Assembly: GCA_025340205.1 (NCBI GenBank)
Contig: CP006868.1
Location: 60,001 to 92,000, forward strand
Source of the DNA: Ignicoccus pacificus DSM 13166
Lineage (GTDB): Archaea; Thermoproteota; Thermoprotei_A; Sulfolobales; Ignicoccaceae
Direction: 5' to 3'
DNA: 32,000 nt
Both the position numbers and the translations under genes were made by a program. Of the stretch, positions 26,830-32,000 are shown piece after piece (the first letter of the stretch is position 1; each line of letters opens with the position of its first letter). The notes under the pieces were generated by a model, which was not told the DNA's origin, searched no databases, and saw only the letters and a program-made list of their open reading frames with translations.

Positions 26830-28101
26830 GTGAAGGGACCAAGCTTACCAAGAAGAAACTTCTTGAAGGGACTAGCTGCTAGCGGTCTCCTAATGGGTGC
26901 TTTGGGCAAGCTAAGCTGGGCCGAAGCCGTTGATATGATGGCTGAAGCCGTCAGGAAGGGTAAGATCAACATAGTTTGGTGGGAGAGCCAAAGCTGTACT
27001 GGTGACACCACTTCTCTAATACAAGCCACCGACCCCGACCTAGTGCAAGTGCTAACCGGTGCCATTCACCTAGCCGGCCCCGGTACCGTTGGTCTACCCT
27101 TCCACGACACTGTCATGCCGGAATGGGGAGAAGGAGCTATAGAGATACTAAAGATGGCTGAGAAGGGAGTCTACGATCCCTATGTGTTGGTCCTAGAGGG
27201 TTCGGTTCCTGATGAGAACCACGCTAGGAAGTACTGTAACGATCCTAACAGGTGCTCCTACTACTGCTTCGTAGGAGAGGAGAACGGCAGACTCATCAAT
27301 TGTACCGAATGGGTCAGAAGGCTCGCTAAGAGGGCTGTCGCTGTAGTCGCTGTCGGCAACTGTGCGTGTTACGGAGGAATACCTGCCAACAAGGTGCTTG
27401 AGCCTCCACCAGGATGGAGCTACCCCAGCTGGAGCTTGAGTCCTACCGGAGCCATAGGATTCTTCGACGATCCCGTGAGGGGATACAAGGGTCTAATTAG
27501 TAGGTACACCGACATGCCGGAGTTCCAGCCCTATTACAATTACATCTACAACGGCTGTGAGCCCAAGCTCTCTCCCGACAGCAACTGCAAGCCTGCCATA
27601 GCCGTGCCCGGCTGTCCGGCCAACGGAAACGGAATACTAAGGGTCTTGGTTCACCTAGTCCTAGCCGCCCTCTACCCCAAGGTGGTACCTCTGCCGCCTG
27701 CTAGGGATTGGTTGGACGCCTACGCCAGACCAAAGTACATCTTCGGTCACACCGTGCACGAGCAGTGTCCTAGGGCCGGTTTCTACGCAGCCGGTGACCT
27801 CAGGAAGGAGCCCGGAGACAACGACGCTAAGTGTCTGTTCGCCGTCGGATGTAAGGGTCCTGTAGCTAACTGTCCTTGGAACAAGTTCGGATGGGTTAAC
27901 GGCGTGGGTGGACCCACTAGGACCGGTGGTGTGTGTATAGGATGTACCATGCCCGGTTTCAGTGACGCTTTCGAGCCCTTCTACAAGCCTCTGCCCGCCC
28001 CTGCCGCGCCCAGTCCAGCTACAGCTTTAGCTACCACCGTGGGCGCGGCGGCAGTGGGCGCGGTAGTTGGATACGCCCTAACCAAGAAGTCAAAGGGTTA
28101 A
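26830..28101 (+). CDS. [NiFe]-hydrogenase small subunit, Tat signal and C-terminal membrane anchor
   Basis: RRNFLKG Tat motif; GNCACYGG; PGCPANGNGIL; HTVHEQCPRAGFYAAGDL; CLFAVGCKGPVANCPWNKFGW; CIGCTMPGFSDAFEPF; C-terminal hydrophobic helix. GTG start. Confidence 0.93.
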   Translation: MKGPSLPRRNFLKGLAASGLLMGALGKLSWAEAVDMMAEAVRKGKINIVWWESQSCTGDTTSLIQATDPDLVQVLTGAIHLAGPGTVGLPFHDTVMPEWGEGAIEILKMAEKGVYDPYVLVLEGSVPDENHARKYCNDPNRCSYYCFVGEENGRLINCTEWVRRLAKRAVAVVAVGNCACYGGIPANKVLEPPPGWSYPSWSLSPTGAIGFFDDPVRGYKGLISRYTDMPEFQPYYNYIYNGCEPKLSPDSNCKPAIAVPGCPANGNGILRVLVHLVLAALYPKVVPLPPARDWLDAYARPKYIFGHTVHEQCPRAGFYAAGDLRKEPGDNDAKCLFAVGCKGPVANCPWNKFGWVNGVGGPTRTGGVCIGCTMPGFSDAFEPFYKPLPAPAAPSPATALATTVGAAAVGAVVGYALTKKSKG

Positions 28102-28114
28102 TGCGAGGTGATGT

Positions 28115-30061
28115 GTGATGGCAGAGATATTCCTCCCCGCTTCCAATGTTAAGAAGATTAGGGGTAACGTAGCGGAGCTGTTCATAGACCCCATCACCAG
28201 AATTGAGGGTCACTTGGCTCTAAGGGCCGAGATCGATGTTCAGAAGAGGAAGCCCAAGGACACTTGGGTCTCCGCCACTATGTTCAGAGGCTTTGAGGTA
28301 TTCATGAGGGGTAGGGCTCCGGAGGACGCCATAGCTTTATCCTCCAGAGTATGTGGAGTCTGTGGAGCCAGCCACGCTAACGCCGCTACTATAGCTACCG
28401 ACATGGCTCTAGGAGCAGTCCCAACTGAGCTAGGTGTCGTCCTAAGGAACTTAGCCTTCGTAATGACTGATCACATATACGATCACAGCATAATCTTGAA
28501 CTTGCTAGGCGGGCCTGACTACAGCGAGGTCGTGGTAAAGAAGCTAACTCCAGACTGCTGGGCTAGGGCAGAGACCACTGAGGCCAAGTATTCTCACATC
28601 CACGGCTACAGGAAGATCGCTGACATAATGAGGGACTTGAACCCCATAGTAGGAAAGATATGGCAGCTTACCGTAAAGTATCAGAGGATAGCTAGAGAGG
28701 CGGGTGTACTCCTATACGGAAGGCACTCCCACCCGAGCACCTTGGTGCCCGGAGGAATAAGCACCGACCTAAGCGCTGGCAACTACCTCCTAGAAGAGTA
28801 CACCTTCAGGCTGGTGAAGCTCACAGCTTGGGTCAAGTTCGTGACCAGTATATGGATGGACATAGCTGACTTCTACAATGAGCAGTGTGACTACATGAAG
28901 CAAGGAATGACTTACCCCAAGCCCACATTCTACAGCCCTGGACTTATGGATGATCCAGAGATCTACAGCCAGATGGGCGACAATTACGTGGATATCTACA
29001 AGGCCTTCGACGAAGCTGCTATGAATAGAGGTACGCCCTCTGGACTATACATCGGAGGCGAAAAGGTAAGTGATAAGCCCAGCGACATGCAGAGGAACGT
29101 CGTCGAGTTGATAGATGGTTCCTTCTACGCTCCTTGGAAGGGCAACGGAAAGCCTCCGATAACTGAGGACCCCGCCGGAAAGCCCCTGGTCGGAGGTAAC
29201 GAGGAGCTAGCGTGGTTCCACCCGTGGAACAAGACTACCATACCCAAGCCCACTGACTTGAACTGGGGAAGCAAGTACAGCTGGGCTGCCACGGTAAGGC
29301 TATACTGGAACGGAAAGCTCTACCCATTCGAGGTAGGACCGATAGCTAGGATGTTCGTCACCGCTCACAGCAACCTCAAGGGATGGGTGGAGAAGGCTGG
29401 AGGAGCGATCAAGCATGGAGGAGGAAAGATAGAGGTAACCCTGCCCGCCTCCAGAGACGTCGAGGACCTACCGAAGGGCACTTGGGAAGAGGTGACCCTA
29501 ACCTACCACGCTCCGCCCTTCAGCACCACTATAGAGAGGGTGAGGGCCAGAGCGTTTGCCATGAGCGTCGACATAGTCGAAGCTTGGACCAACGTATTGG
29601 TTGCCTTGGATTACATCAATCATGGAAAGAGCAAAGCTTCCAGGCCATGGAAGGAGCCTGCCTTCAGCTACGGCTATGGGCAGCTAGAGGCCCCCAGAGG
29701 AAACGTAGAGCATTGGATAGTAGTGAAGGACGCCAGGATAGCCAACTATCAGATACATGCTCCAACCACCCAGAACGTTGGACCCAAGGGACCCAAGGAC
29801 GAGCTCAAGAGGTACTGCAGCAACGACGCTTGGATTACTAGGAGCCCTGAGGGATACTGCATGAGTCCCTTCGAGGCAGCCGCTTACAACACCGTGGTCA
29901 CCGAGGAGGTGCCGCCACAAGAGTGGAATGGCTTGGACTACGTGAGAGCGATAAGGAGCTTCGACCCATGTATAGCCTGTGCCGCCCACCTGGAGTTCAC
30001 GGACAATAAGAAGGTAGTGAAGACTGTGAAGAAGATGTTAACTAACGCGTGTTCTCTCTAA
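28115..30061 (+). CDS. [NiFe]-hydrogenase large subunit
   Basis: FIDPITRIEGHLALRAEID, SRVCGVCGASHANA (L1), SFDPCIACAAH (L2) followed by a ~23-aa tail consistent with C-terminal maturation cleavage. Confidence 0.95.
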   Translation: MMAEIFLPASNVKKIRGNVAELFIDPITRIEGHLALRAEIDVQKRKPKDTWVSATMFRGFEVFMRGRAPEDAIALSSRVCGVCGASHANAATIATDMALGAVPTELGVVLRNLAFVMTDHIYDHSIILNLLGGPDYSEVVVKKLTPDCWARAETTEAKYSHIHGYRKIADIMRDLNPIVGKIWQLTVKYQRIAREAGVLLYGRHSHPSTLVPGGISTDLSAGNYLLEEYTFRLVKLTAWVKFVTSIWMDIADFYNEQCDYMKQGMTYPKPTFYSPGLMDDPEIYSQMGDNYVDIYKAFDEAAMNRGTPSGLYIGGEKVSDKPSDMQRNVVELIDGSFYAPWKGNGKPPITEDPAGKPLVGGNEELAWFHPWNKTTIPKPTDLNWGSKYSWAATVRLYWNGKLYPFEVGPIARMFVTAHSNLKGWVEKAGGAIKHGGGKIEVTLPASRDVEDLPKGTWEEVTLTYHAPPFSTTIERVRARAFAMSVDIVEAWTNVLVALDYINHGKSKASRPWKEPAFSYGYGQLEAPRGNVEHWIVVKDARIANYQIHAPTTQNVGPKGPKDELKRYCSNDAWITRSPEGYCMSPFEAAAYNTVVTEEVPPQEWNGLDYVRAIRSFDPCIACAAHLEFTDNKKVVKTVKKMLTNACSL

Positions 30062-30131
30062 AACCACATTTTTGAAAATTTAACTATGGGTGATTTATTC
30101 ATAATTAGCTTGTAGAATGGGGTGATGTAGA

Positions 30132-30956
30132 GTGAACGTTGGCGGCTGGGCCTCGCCGAGCAATTTGTTAGGATTCGCACTGTACTACATGCTAGTACCC
30201 AGCGTCTTCGTCTTCGCCGCCGGAGCGTCTTATAGAATAGTGAGGATGCTAGCGACCGCCAGATTCCCACCGGCGCAGAGAAGACCTTGGAGTTGGATAG
30301 AAGCAATTAAGGGCATAATATGGGTATTCCTAAGGCCTATCGTGTTCGTCGGAAAGACCAGAACTGACGACTTGATAGTGGGTCTAATCTTGCTACACGT
30401 CGTGGGAGTAATACCAGTGCTCTTCCTGTTGGCTCAGCACATGTCTTGGTGGGTCTACTACTTCCCGCCGTACAAGTATCTATGGATATTCGCAGTACCG
30501 TTGAGTATCACCAGCAGCGTATTGACCGTGACCGCCACCGTTGTGCCCACTACAACCATGTCACACGTCTTCGTGGACACCATATGGGGACCACTGACCG
30601 CTATACTGAACGGCGACCTATTGGCGATATTCGTCATGGTCGCCATAGGCTACAAGTGTGCTCTGAGGCTAGTAGAGCTGATAACTAAGCACAGTCACAC
30701 TCCCAGAAGACTAGGCGACTTCATCGCTTACGCTCTGCTCTTCGGCATAATATTCAGCGGATACGTGGCAGCTAGACACAGACCCTCTCCTGATGTGGCT
30801 ACGTATATGAACGTATTAGGACTCCACGTGCTGCTAGCAGAGATACTGCTCATGTACATCCCATTCAGCAAGTATTGGCACTTCGTGTTTGGTTATTGGT
30901 ATGGTAAGCTCCATGAGTGGTATGATACGGATCTGAAGAGGGGTGAGGCGCTATGA
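30132..30956 (+). CDS. Hydrogenase-associated membrane protein, Isp1 / NarI-like
   Basis: Several TM helices with conserved-looking His residues, in a hydrogenase operon directly before an Isp2/HdrD-like gene. Confidence 0.75.
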   Translation: MNVGGWASPSNLLGFALYYMLVPSVFVFAAGASYRIVRMLATARFPPAQRRPWSWIEAIKGIIWVFLRPIVFVGKTRTDDLIVGLILLHVVGVIPVLFLLAQHMSWWVYYFPPYKYLWIFAVPLSITSSVLTVTATVVPTTTMSHVFVDTIWGPLTAILNGDLLAIFVMVAIGYKCALRLVELITKHSHTPRRLGDFIAYALLFGIIFSGYVAARHRPSPDVATYMNVLGLHVLLAEILLMYIPFSKYWHFVFGYWYGKLHEWYDTDLKRGEAL

Positions 30957-32000
30957 GTAGTCCGGGTATGGAAGGAGGAAATAATATGATGGAACAAATG
31001 ATGAAGATGCTGCAGAGCGGAAAGGTCGACTTAGACACCGCAATAAAGAACGCTATGAAGAACGTCGACGCAGTAATGATGCACTATCTAGAGAACTGCC
31101 TAAACTGTGGTGGCTGTGCTCCAGCGTGTCCGTTCTTTGCAGCAGGGCCAGAGTATAGTCCGGTGAACAAGGCCGAGGAGGTAAGAAAGATATACAGAAA
31201 GGAGATGACCATAGCCGGAAAGATACTGGGAAGACTCGTCGGAGCGGAGAAGCCGAAGCCCGAGGACATGGATAGACTAATGGAACTAGCTTATGCGTGC
31301 ACTAACTGTGGCCACTGCTACTACACTTGTATGGTTGGCATACACAGCGGAAAGGTCGTAGGACTACTGAAAAGCATACTGACCTCTGCTGGATATGTAC
31401 CAACCCTCTTGAACATGTTTGAAGCCGTGGAGCTTCATGGTATGTACAAACAAATACCCGGTATAATGAAGATATGGAACGACGCCCTCGAGGAGGCACA
31501 GAAGAAGTATGGTCCAATAGAGTTTGATAAGAGCTTCAAGGGTTCAACTGACAAGAAGCCCAAGGTATTGTTCCTAGCTTGGATAAGCGATGCGATGATG
31601 ATGAGGAACGGCTTCATAGCAACTATAGGGATATTGAACAAACTCAAGGAAGCTGGCCTAATAGACTGGACCACTTGGAAGGTACCAGAGGCGTTCAGAG
31701 CCCCCATAAGCGTCGTTATCGGAAGATCTGCTAATGCTAAGAAAGTGCTAGAGAGAGTGGTGAAGTACATCGAAGCGATATCGCCAGACTACGTCCTAAT
31801 GATGGATGGAGGATACCCGTATCCTGTATTCAGATTTGAGATGTATGGTGTGATAAAGAAGACTGTCGGCGGAAAGCCTAAGTGGAAGATAGTACACTTG
31901 GTGGAGTTCCTAGACGACTTAATGAAGGAGGGCAAGATAGGGTTCGAGCAAGCGGATGATCCGATAACTTGGCACGACCCATGCCAGCTCGGAAGACACT
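30953..32000 (+). CDS. Isp2/HdrD-like iron-sulfur protein, 3' end outside the window; not in the supplied ORF track
   Basis: ATG at 30953 overlaps the TGA of the previous gene (ATGA). Translation has CLNCGGCAPACPFF and CTNCGHCYYTC ferredoxin-type motifs, then a CCG/HdrD-like region ending ITWHDPCQLGR. Confidence 0.85.
   Translation, partial: MSSPGMEGGNNMMEQMMKMLQSGKVDLDTAIKNAMKNVDAVMMHYLENCLNCGGCAPACPFFAAGPEYSPVNKAEEVRKIYRKEMTIAGKILGRLVGAEKPKPEDMDRLMELAYACTNCGHCYYTCMVGIHSGKVVGLLKSILTSAGYVPTLLNMFEAVELHGMYKQIPGIMKIWNDALEEAQKKYGPIEFDKSFKGSTDKKPKVLFLAWISDAMMMRNGFIATIGILNKLKEAGLIDWTTWKVPEAFRAPISVVIGRSANAKKVLERVVKYIEAISPDYVLMMDGGYPYPVFRFEMYGVIKKTVGGKPKWKIVHLVEFLDDLMKEGKIGFEQADDPITWHDPCQLGRH

Noticed and set aside
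29383-29841. 152-aa ORF on the + strand nested within the hydrogenase large subunit
   Set aside because: It is an out-of-frame shadow of a strongly recognisable, highly conserved gene; its composition has no domain-like pattern.
1-32000. CRISPR array, toxin-antitoxin, or provirus
   Set aside because: No regularly spaced repeats, Cas-like proteins, capsid or terminase-like proteins seen. The single tyrosine recombinase looks like the chromosomal XerA type rather than an integrase next to an att-bounded element.

Overview
This is a gene-dense, thermophilic-archaeal-looking window, most like a Crenarchaeote of the Desulfurococcales/Ignicoccus type. That affiliation is inferred from the gene content and protein style, not from a database search. 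It carries one tRNA (initiator-type tRNA-Met, CAT anticodon) and about 28 supportable protein genes. These include GMP synthase subunit B, CTP-dependent riboflavin kinase, a XerA-like tyrosine recombinase, TmcA, a Trm5/TYW2-like methyltransferase, two RNA ligases of different families (Rnl3-like and T4 Rnl1-like), GluRS, archaeal shikimate kinase, a GPN-loop GTPase, a GlmU-like enzyme, L21e, IlvD, a YchF/Ygr210-type GTPase and two APC permeases. The right end holds a Tat-exported, membrane-linked [NiFe]-hydrogenase operon (small subunit, large subunit, Isp1-like, Isp2/HdrD-like), cut off by the window edge. Main points for a second look: (1) a duplicated two-gene cassette, SQR-like flavoprotein plus DUF1641 protein, one copy with a striking concentric dyad in its promoter region; (2) a CxxD instead of CxxC at the expected proximal-cluster motif of the hydrogenase small subunit; (3) two different RNA ligase families 9 kb apart, one overlapping a small Cys-rich gene; (4) a 576-aa XerA ORF whose C-terminal half lies antisense to two small membrane-protein ORFs and out of frame over ribK; (5) repeated acceptor-stem sequences and palindromes around the initiator tRNA. 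I found no CRISPR array, rRNA or clear mobile element.
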